Below, piece after piece: positions 1-9,400 of a stretch of 64,000 nt of DNA. Positions within the stretch are counted from its first letter, which is position 1, and every line of letters starts with the position of its first letter. Source of the stretch: a virus; the IMG/VR virus record IMGVR_UViG_3300031649_000001, positions 32,001-96,000 of that record; one strand, 5' to 3'. The position numbers and the translations under genes were made by a program. The notes beneath the pieces are model-generated. The model made no database searches. It was given only the letters and a program-made list of their open reading frames with translations, and had not been told where the DNA came from.

Positions 1-300
1 GCGGAGCCGATCGCCCAGCAGTGGATCGAGGACTGGATCCGCACCACGGCGTACCTGCCGGAGATGGAGGAGGAGTGGGCGACCTGGCAGCCGGACCACA
101 CCGACTCCCCGGGCCGCATCGACGCCTCCACCTACCTGGCGTACGGGCTGCTCAAGGTGCCCGGCGCCAGCCAGCACATCGGCAACGCGAGCCAGGTCAG
201 CATCGCCCAGGCCGCGCAGCAGGCCGGACAGGGCGGCGGGTTCGGGTCGATTCCGCTGGGACGGTCGGGGCCGGGGCTCCCGCCGGGGGGCGGCCGGTGA
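1..300 (+). CDS. Terminase large subunit, C-terminal nuclease end (partial, runs off window)
   Basis: Frame 1 open from base 1: ...AEPIAQQW..LPEMEEEWATWQP..DSPGRIDASTYL, matching the 'E..W.P...SPDR.DA' tail of TerL; lies upstream of DUF1360 and portal. Confidence 0.8.
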   Translation, partial: AEPIAQQWIEDWIRTTAYLPEMEEEWATWQPDHTDSPGRIDASTYLAYGLLKVPGASQHIGNASQVSIAQAAQQAGQGGGFGSIPLGRSGPGLPPGGGR

Positions 301-873
301 ACTTACGGCAATGGGTAATCACACGCCGTGCACGTGTGCTAACTTCGTGTCTGCGGTGCACGGGACGGGCACGCTACCTCCCCAAGGACAGCCGACCCCC
401 GCCCCGCGCACCGGCTCCGCCTTCCCTTTCTTCGACGAGCGGGGGACAGGCGGGGCGCGCGGTTCCCCTGCTGTCCCGACGGCCAGAGCGGGTGGGGTAC
501 GGCGTCGGAGTTGGTGTCGATCAGGTGAGACGGGCCGCCCCCTCGCGGGGGTGGCCCCACCGCCCCCCTCCGGATTCAGGCCGGGGAGGGGCGGCGGTCA
601 GCACCCTGGCCCGCGCTGGGCGATCAGCCGAGCGTCCGCAACGCGCACGCCAGGATGGGCGCCCTAGGCGTCAGGACCCGCCCCGCCACGTGCCGGGCGG
701 GTCCGCCCCTTTCCGGGTGCGTTGATCCGCGCAGATGGACACGCGTGAGCGGCCGGAAGCGGAGCGTGATCATCCAATGCCGGTGGCACGTGCACGCTTC
801 ACGCAGGAAACCCACACAGGTGATTGCGACAAACGGGTGCGCTCCGTGTGCAGTCGGTAGCTAATGTGACTGG

Positions 874-1116
874 ATGGACAGCGACTTCTTGCCAACGTTG
901 ACCCCTGTTCAAGCGCGCGAATCCCTGCTCTGCCGGGAGGCTGAGCTGCGCACCCTCGCCAAGGATCTCCATCCCGGCGGCCACTTCGAGGCGCGGTGCC
1001 TCGTCCGGGAAGCGGCGGACAAGCTCCTGGAGGCCGGACGGACTCTGGCCGCTGAACCGGCCGCCCGCCCGGCCGCCCGGCCAGCCTCCCCGCCTGCACT
1101 GCGCATCGCGAACTAG
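874..1116 (+). CDS. Hypothetical protein
   Basis: 80-aa ORF with plausible codon usage; C-terminus encoded by a GC tract. Confidence 0.45.
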   Translation: MDSDFLPTLTPVQARESLLCREAELRTLAKDLHPGGHFEARCLVREAADKLLEAGRTLAAEPAARPAARPASPPALRIAN

Positions 1117-1126
1117 CCTCACGCGC

Positions 1127-1381
1127 ATGACCCAACCCCCCACCCCGGGGGCCGCCGCCAGCCGGGCGGCGGAACCCGACCGCTACCTCTGTCCCGAGCG
1201 GGCATGCAAGAGGTGGCCCGCCGAGCACATGCGTACCGGCCTGCTCGCCCGCCACCGGGCGCCCGGCGGCGATGCGTTCACGCTGTGCCCCGGCTCGCTC
1301 CACCCCGTCAAGGGACTCCAGAGACAGGCCGCCCGCCCCGCCGTCACCAGCCCGTACACCCAGCCCACGCTGTTCGGTTAA
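1127..1381 (+). CDS. Small Zn-finger-like protein (CPxxxC...HR...CPGS) ending in QPTLF
   Basis: CPERAC...LARHR...CPGS motif typical of small actinophage Zn-binding proteins. Confidence 0.6.
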   Translation: MTQPPTPGAAASRAAEPDRYLCPERACKRWPAEHMRTGLLARHRAPGGDAFTLCPGSLHPVKGLQRQAARPAVTSPYTQPTLFG

Positions 1382-1422
1382 GGGCTCAACTCTCCATCCA
1401 GAAGCGCAGGTACGCTCCGCAT

Positions 1423-2088
1423 ATGACCGAGCCAACGACACCCACCGACACCCCGGTCCAGGTCTCCATCAGCGACGAGGTGATGCGTCAGATCCGGCAC
1501 ATGCCGGAGTCCGCTATCGACGGTCTGGCCTCTGCGATCGGCCAGCTCCTCGAAGACCCCACCGGCCCCGGCACGCTGCCCCTGGTCCCGGTCCCCGTGG
1601 ATCACACCCACGGCCGCACCCGGACCTACGTCCCCGCCACCCGCGCCGCCAGCTACCTGCGGGCCGCCGTGGCGGAGATCAGTCCGGAGACCGTGACGCA
1701 CTTCGACGCCGAGCTCCAGCAGATGACCCGCTTCACCGAGGAGCACGGCCGCGACGGGCAGATCCGGGGCCTGCGCATGTTCACCACCCGCTGGGTGGAG
1801 TACATCGCCATCCAGGGCAACCACGCCCTGGCCCGCCACATCAACTCCTCCACCAGCGGCGAGGAGCTGGCGGAGCGCTTCGGCCTGGCGATGGCCGAGG
1901 CGCACGCCGTGCACTTCCCCGACGCCGGGCGTGAGCCGGGCACCGAGCTGGGCGTGCAGACGCACGAGCGGCCGGGCCGGGGGTACATGGCGGTCTGCCC
2001 CGTGACCATGCTCAGGGCCGAGGGCCGCACCGAGGAGGAAGCCCAGGCGCGCCTGCGCGGGCAGCTCCTGGAGTGGATCACCGGCTAG
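1423..2088 (+). CDS. Hypothetical protein with C-terminal HicB-like segment (possible RelE-like N-terminus and DUF6247-like middle)
   Basis: C-term GYMAVCP..LRAEGRTEEEAQARL resembles the HicB N-domain; ATG at 1423 in frame of ORF 1204..2088. Confidence 0.55.
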   Translation: MTEPTTPTDTPVQVSISDEVMRQIRHMPESAIDGLASAIGQLLEDPTGPGTLPLVPVPVDHTHGRTRTYVPATRAASYLRAAVAEISPETVTHFDAELQQMTRFTEEHGRDGQIRGLRMFTTRWVEYIAIQGNHALARHINSSTSGEELAERFGLAMAEAHAVHFPDAGREPGTELGVQTHERPGRGYMAVCPVTMLRAEGRTEEEAQARLRGQLLEWITG

Positions 2089-2309
2089 CAACCTGTCCGG
2101 GCCGCCGCGTCTCCTCGCGCCTTCTTGCCAGCCTGACCGGCCCGCCCGCTCCGCCCCGTCCCCGTGGCTGCCCCCGACCCCACCGGCCGCCAGCCCCGCC
2201 GGACGGCGCTCCACCGCTACGGTGCTGTGATGGAGACCAAGCCACTCATGACCTCCCATACAGAACGATCCACGCAGATCAGCCCGTGTCGGCCGGGGAG
2301 GTGTCTCCG

Positions 2310-2948
2310 GTGACCCTCATCCACGCGGATCAGGACGACGACATCGACATCGTCCACCGCCAGATGCCCGTGAACGCCGACGGCCAGGCCACCGGCGCCA
2401 CCATCGTCACCCACGCCTCCGGCCTCCACGAACTCTGGGCGTACTACGCTTCCTGCTGCTGCTGCACCACCCGCGAGCCCTTCTTCAGCCCCGCCGACCG
2501 GGACGCCTGGGCCGAGGTGCACCGCGCCGACCATCCCACCCACGCCATGCAGCTGACGACCGAGCCCTGGGACTTCCGCACGCCGCCCTGGGTCGCCGCC
2601 GACGGACTGCCCCTGACCCCGCCCCGGAGCCTGATCACCATGACCTCAGCCCCCCCGCCGGACCCCTTCAAGGACTTCCCGCCCGGCTTCCCCCGCCCCG
2701 ACTGGGACGACGACACCCTGCTGAGGGTGATGGAGCGCCGCACCCAGCTCCGGGACGGCTGCCCCAAGCACTACGGCAACGCCAACACCCAGCTCACCTT
2801 CTACAAGGAGCTGTTCGTCAACGACCCGGACACCGGCACCCACGCGCCGACCATGGCCGTCTACGCGGACGGCTGCATGGTCAACTGGCGGATCGACGTG
2901 AAGGACGAGGAGCCCCGCTACGAGCAGGCCCCCCAGGGCTCCTACTGA
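2310..2948 (+). CDS. Hypothetical protein
   Basis: GTG after GGGGAGG RBS; strong GC3 bias. Confidence 0.6.
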   Translation: MTLIHADQDDDIDIVHRQMPVNADGQATGATIVTHASGLHELWAYYASCCCCTTREPFFSPADRDAWAEVHRADHPTHAMQLTTEPWDFRTPPWVAADGLPLTPPRSLITMTSAPPPDPFKDFPPGFPRPDWDDDTLLRVMERRTQLRDGCPKHYGNANTQLTFYKELFVNDPDTGTHAPTMAVYADGCMVNWRIDVKDEEPRYEQAPQGSY

Positions 2949-3188
2949 CGAGGGCGGCCCGCCCCGGTGTGAGCGCCAGCAGCATGGATGACGTTGGCCG
3001 GGGCGGGCCGACACCGGACACGATAAACGCCCCCACCGACACCGTCCGCTAGCCTGGCCGGGCGGGATCAATCCTGGCGGTGCAGTTCCCGCCGTCAGCG
3101 GGTCGCGTTGTGCGGTCCCCCCTGACGGCCGGTTCATCACCGCAGGGGGGCCGGAACACTGCCCGGTGTCCTGCCCCAGGGCTGAGGC

Positions 3189-3662
3189 CTACACGGTTCC
3201 CTGGAGGCGCCACACGGCCATGCCCTGGGGCTCGCGCCCGGCGGGGGTGGCGTGCCGGAAGTAGACCCAGGCCCGCGCCCCCGAGTGCGCGTGGACGGTC
3301 AGCCCGTGGAGGATGCCGTGGCGGCCGGGCGGCCGGTTCTGGAACAGCCTCACCGACTCGATCCACGGGGACTGGTGGCCGGTGAGGCACCAGCCCAGCC
3401 ACCGCTCCACGGCCGCCAGTTCCGTCGGCCCCTGTGCGGGCAGCTCCACCGGCGCCATGGGGGGTACGGCCGGGCCGTCGGGCGGCCGGTGGGCGGCGGA
3501 GGGGTCCGTCACCGTCTGGAGGTAGATGCGCGCGCCGGTGGGCAGCGTCAGCTCCACCCCGGCGGGCAGCGGGTAGCCGCTCTCGGCGAAGGTCCGCGCG
3601 CGGCCCTGGCCGTACACGCGGATCACCCGCAGCAGCTCATCGGCCCACTCGGTGGCGATCAC
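3189..3662 (-). CDS. Hypothetical protein
   Basis: 157-aa ORF with non-shadow composition. Confidence 0.55.
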   Translation of the reverse strand: MIATEWADELLRVIRVYGQGRARTFAESGYPLPAGVELTLPTGARIYLQTVTDPSAAHRPPDGPAVPPMAPVELPAQGPTELAAVERWLGWCLTGHQSPWIESVRLFQNRPPGRHGILHGLTVHAHSGARAWVYFRHATPAGREPQGMAVWRLQGTV

Positions 3663-3806
3663 TTACGGAAAGTTACGACCCGCCACTGACAGGCCGCCCG
3701 CCCGGCCGGGCGGCCGGATGTTGTCTGCGCAGGTCAGTGCACCCATTCCGGAGGGCGATCACCCGCTTACGCGACAGTCCGTGAGCGCATCGTTACTCTG
3801 TGGAGC

Positions 3807-4310
3807 GTGGTATGGCTCTCCGTGTTCATCTCCTTCCTCACGCTCCTCGCTACATGCCGGGTCACCCGGCTCGTCACCGAGGACACCATCAGCAAGCCGT
3901 TCAGGGACTGGCTCCATATGAAGGCGCAACCCCGACATGCCCGCCCGCCCGGCCGGGCGGGCGGCCGGGCGGCCGGTAAGCGCATGTACGGCTACCAGCC
4001 CCCCGACCCCGACGCCCCCCAGCCCCTGCGCCCGGCCCCCCGCCTGTGGCGCTACGCCTCAAAGCTCGTCACCTGCCCGTGGTGCGCCGGGTTCTGGGTC
4101 AGCCTCGCCCTCACCACCGCCTACTTCCGCCTCTGGCTCGGCCTCTGGCCCTCCACCGCCCCCCACGCCTTCGCCTTCTTCGTCTCCGTGTTCGCCCTCT
4201 CCTGGGTGTCCGCCCTCCTCGCCGACTGGCTCGACGCCCCCGCCCCGCCCAAGGAACAGGTCCACTCCGGCCACGTGCACGTGAACGTCACGCAGTCGCC
4301 CACCCCCTGA
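3807..4310 (+). CDS. DUF1360-like membrane protein
   Basis: RVTRLVTEDTI..P.R and LVTCPWCAGFW motifs, hydrophobic helices; typical position before portal. Confidence 0.75.
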   Translation: MVWLSVFISFLTLLATCRVTRLVTEDTISKPFRDWLHMKAQPRHARPPGRAGGRAAGKRMYGYQPPDPDAPQPLRPAPRLWRYASKLVTCPWCAGFWVSLALTTAYFRLWLGLWPSTAPHAFAFFVSVFALSWVSALLADWLDAPAPPKEQVHSGHVHVNVTQSPTP

Positions 4311-4332
4311 CCGAAGAGGAGGACCGCCGCCC

Positions 4333-6450
4333 ATGCCGCTCTGGAGCATCCACCGCCGCCCCAAGCACCTCATCCGCCGCAACCGCGCGGGCAAGGTCAC
4401 CGACTACCAGGTGGTCGGCTCCACCGTCATGGCGTCGGCCGCTCTCGTCAGCAAGGCCCAGGTCCGTACCGTCGTCGGCCGCAAGCAGGACTGGCAGCGC
4501 GACGCCTGGGACCTCTACGACACCGTCACCGAGCTGCGCTTCGGCGTCTCGTGGATCGCCAACGCCTGTAGCCGGGCGCGCCTGTACGTCGGGCAGATCG
4601 ACCCGGACGGCTCCAGCGAACCCGTCCCCCTGGACCTCGCCGAGGACGAGGAGACCGGCGCCGTAGACCTGGACGCCCAGCAGGCGGTCGCCGTCCTGGA
4701 TGAGCTGGGCGGCGGCCAGCTCGGGCAGGCGGAGATGCTGCGGCGCCTGTCCATCCACCTCAACGTCCCCGGCGAGAGCTACCTGATCGGCTTCGACGAC
4801 CCCGAGGACGAGGGCGCCGGGTTCGGGCAGGACGTCACCAACGTCGTGGTCGGCGACGACGGCGACCAGGGCCGCCGGTGGCTGGTGTGCTCGGCGGACG
4901 AGATCCAGTCCACCGGCTCCGGCATCAAGATCGTCAGCCCGGACATGCCCAACGAGTTCATCGAGGTGGACCCCGAGCAGTCCACCATCCTCCGCATCTG
5001 GCGCCCGCACCCCCGCCTCGGCTACAACGCCGACTCCCCCCTCCTCGCCCTGCGCCAGCCGCTCCGCGAACTCGTGGACCTGTCCGCCCACATCACCGCC
5101 AGCGCGGAGTCCCGCCTGGCGGGCGCCGGTGTCCTGTTCGTGCCGGACGAGCTGACGACCCCCAGCCCGGAGCAGTCCGAGGGCGCCAACCCGCTGCACC
5201 CGGATCCCTTCACGGCCTCCCTGATCGAGGCCATGGCCGCGCCGCTGAAGAACCGCGACAGTGCCAGCGCGGTGGTGCCGCTGGTGGTGCGGGGCCCGGC
5301 CGACAAGGGCAAGGAGCTCAAGCACCTCAGCTTCAGCACCAAGCTGGACGAGAACGTCCAGACCCTCCGTGACTCCGCCATCCGCCGCGTCGCTACTGGC
5401 ATGGACATGCCACCGGAGGTTTTGACCGGTCTGGGCGATACGAACCATTGGTCGGCCTGGCAAGTGGAGGAATCGGCCATCAAGCTACATATCGAGCCAT
5501 TGCTCGGCTTGATCTGCGACTCCCTCACCACCAACCTCCTGCGCCCGGCGCTCAAGGCGCTGGGGATCAAGGGCTGGCAGAAGTACGCCATCTGGTACGA
5601 CACCAGCGACCTCACCATGCGCCCCAACCGGGCACCCGAGGCCGACACCGCGTTCGCCAACCAGGTCATCTCCGACGCCGCCTACCTGCGGGAGCTGGGC
5701 TTCTCCGAGGAGGACGCCCCCGACGACGACGAGCGCGCCCGCCGCCTGATGGAACGCGTCTGCCTCACCAACGCCAACCTCGCCCCCTACCTGCTGCCGC
5801 GCCTGGGCATCCCGCTGCCGCCGGAGGCCATCGCCGCCGCCACCCCCCAAGGGACATCGGCGCCGCTCGGCAACCCGACCAACGTGAGCCGGATCGGCGG
5901 CTACCCGGGCACCCCCGGCCCGACCCCGGCCGGTGCGCCCGGCCGCCCGGCCGCCCGCCCGGCCGGGCTCCCGTCGGCCGGGGGACGCAACGGCCCGCCC
6001 CAGGCAGGCGCCTCCCGCCAGGGAGCCGTGACCCGCGACAGCCTGGAACGCGCCATGACCGCCAGCGCCCGGCCGCGCCTGGCCCTGGACAAGGCAGGCG
6101 ACTGGCGTACCCGCTGCCTGGACATGGCCGTCCGCCGCGCCCTGTCCCGGGCCGGACAGTTCCTCATCCGCGCCACCCCCCGCAACCAGCGCACATCCCT
6201 CCAGCAGCTCCCCCCCGAGGCCGTCCACCTCACCCTCCACGCCGACCCGGGCCAGCTCGACCAGATGCTCCAGAACGCCTACGTCGAGTTCCACGAGTCC
6301 ACCCCCGACGAGGCCTGCCTGCACCAGGCGGTCGACCACTACGTCCGCGCCCTCATCCTCGCCCGCGAGGAACACCAGACCGACTACCTGGACCGGGCCA
6401 TCGCCCAGTTCCAGTGCGACGGAGAGGGGGCCGTCCTTGCCCACGCCTGA
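4333..6450 (+). CDS. Portal protein
   Basis: WQRDAWDLYD..ELRF, GESYL, IWRPHP, SRLAGAG.LF.P.E, PPEVLTG.GD.NHWSAW motifs of cluster B-like actinophage portals; RBS GAGGAGG. Confidence 0.9.
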   Translation: MPLWSIHRRPKHLIRRNRAGKVTDYQVVGSTVMASAALVSKAQVRTVVGRKQDWQRDAWDLYDTVTELRFGVSWIANACSRARLYVGQIDPDGSSEPVPLDLAEDEETGAVDLDAQQAVAVLDELGGGQLGQAEMLRRLSIHLNVPGESYLIGFDDPEDEGAGFGQDVTNVVVGDDGDQGRRWLVCSADEIQSTGSGIKIVSPDMPNEFIEVDPEQSTILRIWRPHPRLGYNADSPLLALRQPLRELVDLSAHITASAESRLAGAGVLFVPDELTTPSPEQSEGANPLHPDPFTASLIEAMAAPLKNRDSASAVVPLVVRGPADKGKELKHLSFSTKLDENVQTLRDSAIRRVATGMDMPPEVLTGLGDTNHWSAWQVEESAIKLHIEPLLGLICDSLTTNLLRPALKALGIKGWQKYAIWYDTSDLTMRPNRAPEADTAFANQVISDAAYLRELGFSEEDAPDDDERARRLMERVCLTNANLAPYLLPRLGIPLPPEAIAAATPQGTSAPLGNPTNVSRIGGYPGTPGPTPAGAPGRPAARPAGLPSAGGRNGPPQAGASRQGAVTRDSLERAMTASARPRLALDKAGDWRTRCLDMAVRRALSRAGQFLIRATPRNQRTSLQQLPPEAVHLTLHADPGQLDQMLQNAYVEFHESTPDEACLHQAVDHYVRALILAREEHQTDYLDRAIAQFQCDGEGAVLAHA

Positions 6451-9400
6451 CCCGTGGCTCTCGGAACGCATGCGGGAGTACACGCACATCCGCCGGGCCG
6501 AAGCCACCCTGTACCCGGCCATCCGCGACGCCGTGGAGGCGTTCCTCACCGAGGCCCGCCAGGGTCCGCTGGCTGCGCTGACGGCCGCCGCCGGAGACGA
6601 CGACACCAACCCGGCAGGCATCCCCTCCGAGGCCACCTGGCGGCGCATCCTGGACCGCTTCGTCCTGGGGCCCACCCGCTCCCTGTGGCGCGGCTCCTTC
6701 GGCCGCGTCACCAACCGCGCAGATGACACGCCCGACGACGACGACGGCCACGGCGCCGGACTCGGCGACCGCCTCGCCGGGTTCCGGCGCGTCTTCGCCG
6801 ACCGGCTGCTCCGCGCCCTCCTGCACCGGCCGCGCGGCGAAACCCCCCAGCAGCTCCAGGCCCGCCTGGCCGCCCTGATGACGCTGGAGGAGTGGGACGG
6901 CCAGGTCATGACCATGACCCGCACCGAGACCATGACCGCCCTCAACGCCGGAGCGGCACACGGCGCGCTCGCCGAACAGGAGCGCACCGGCCAGCCGTGG
7001 GAGAAGCGCTGGCAGTCCACCCCCGACCAGCGCGTACGCGAGACCCACCGCCACGCCGACGGCCAGATCCGCCCGCTGGCGGACCCGTTCGAGATCGGCG
7101 GCCACCGCCTCCAGTTCCCCGGCGACCCGCTCGGCCCCGCAGGCGAGGTCATCAACTGCCGCTGTAGCGCCCGCTACGGGCCCGCCGGAGAACCCGCCCT
7201 CACCGCCGCCTCAGCACCACTGGAGGAGCCCATGACCACGCCCACCGTCACCGAGACAGGACCCGTGACCGTGGAGCCCAGCGGCCGGTGGCGCGGCGTG
7301 CTCGGCTTCATGGACGAGTGGTCCGCGGACCAGCGAATGCTGGCCACCCCCGAGGAAGGCGTACGCGCCCGCCCGCTCCCGCTGCCGCTCCTGGTCCAGG
7401 GCACCCTGGCCAAGGGCCACGACGGCTCCGAACTCGGCGTCGGCGTCGTCGACCGCATCTGGACCGAGGGCACCGCCGTATGGGGCGAAGGCCGCTTCGA
7501 CATGGAGGACCCCATCGGCCGGGCACTGGCCCGCAAGGTCGGCCTCGGGTTCATCCGCTTCGTGTCGCTGGACGTGGACGACGCCACCGCCCACCAGGTC
7601 CTCCTCAAGGAGGACGGCACGATCGTGCAGGACGGCAACCCCAACGACCCCACCCTCATGATCGGCGACGTGTACGACGGCTGGCGCGTCATGGGCGCCA
7701 CCCTCCTCGCTCACCCCGCGTTCCCCAACGCCGCCATCGCCCTCGCTGACGAGAACGGCCAGGCCCTCACCGCCTCCGCGCTCGGCGCGGAGTTCGAGGA
7801 GATCGTGGGCTACAACCCCGAGTGGGGGTGTGTGAAGCAGGACGAGACCGGCGCCTGGACGGAGGCCGACTGCCAGGACCCGGACGCCGTCCCCGCCAAC
7901 CCCACCGGCGACGGCCCGTTCGACCCCGAGCAGGGCCAGGGCGAGATCCCGGCCGCCCCGGAAGAGGTGGCCGTCGCCACTGACGACTCCCAGGAGCCCA
8001 CTGAGGACGACGCCACCGACCCGGCGGACGATGTCCCCGAGGACATCGCGGCGGACGACGAGCAGGCCGCTGAGGAGCTTGACCCCGACGCCGACGCCCC
8101 GGCCGGAGAAGTCCCCGACGAGGGCGCCCCCCTGGACGAGGTCCCGTGCGTGGTGCCGACCGAAGACGGCACGGGGTGGGTGGCCGCGCCGTGTGACGCC
8201 CCCGGCGCCGTACCCGCCAACGCCACCGGCGACGGCCCCGCCGAACAGGGCGACGGCCTGGAGCTGGCCGTCACCCTCGCCGAAGAAGACGCCGCCAGCC
8301 CGGCAGCCCAGTCGGGCCCCACGCACGCCGGGCTGGCGGTCACCGCGCAGGACACCGGCCGGGTGCTGCTGCTCCAGCGCGCCCTGTCCGACGAGGACCC
8401 CGCCGCCGGGATGTGGGAGTTCCCCGGCGGCGGCATTGAGGAGGGCGAGACCCCCGAGGACGCCGCGTACCGGGAGTTCGCCGAGGAGACCGGCTTCGAT
8501 CTGCGCGGATCGGGCGAGGTGGTCGACTCGTGGACGTCGGAGAACGGCGTCTACCAGTGCTTCGTGATCCTGGTGCCCACCGAGGCCGAGGTCGGCATCA
8601 ACATGGACGCCGAAGACCGCCACGTTCTCAACCCCGACGACCCCGACAGCGACAGCATCGAGGTCGTGGCGTGGTGGACGCCGGAGAACCTGGCCGACAT
8701 GGGCGCCCTGCGCGAGGAGGTCAAGGAGACCCCCTGGGAGAAGATCACCGGCGCCCGTCAGGCCCCCGCCGCCGCCCCGGAAGAGGTGGCCGCCGCCGTG
8801 GTGGAAGCGGCCGAGGCCATCGCCCAGGAGGCCAGTGAGCCCCCGGCCGGGTGCGAGCCGTGCCAGGCCGTCGCCATCACCGCCTCCGCCACGGACACCT
8901 TCGCCCCCGGCTGGATGCCGCCCGCCGAATGGTTCGAGCCCCCCCAGGGGGGCGGCGGCGCCTGGTCCGTCCGCGTGGATGTGGAGACCGGCCAGGTGGC
9001 GGGCTACCTGGCCCCGTGGGGCGGCTGCCACGTCGGCTTCAAGGACCGCTGCGTGCCGCCGCCCCGCTCCGCCTCCGGCTACGGCTACTACAACATCCGC
9101 CCCGTCCGCACCAGCGGCGGCACCGTGTACTGCGGCCTGATCACCATGAACACCGGGCACGCCAAGCCGCACGACACCGCGACCACCGCCATGGCCCACT
9201 ACGACCACACCGGCACCCAGGCCGCCGTGATCCGCGTCGGCGAAGACGCCCACGGCATCTGGGTGGCCGGGGCGGTCCTGCCCTTCGTCAGCCAGGAAGA
9301 CCGCCTCCGCCTCTCCCTGTCCTCCCTCTCCGGCGACTGGCGCGAGGTACGCGGCGGCGCCGAGCTGATCGCCGCGCTCGCCGTCAACTCGCCGGGCTTC

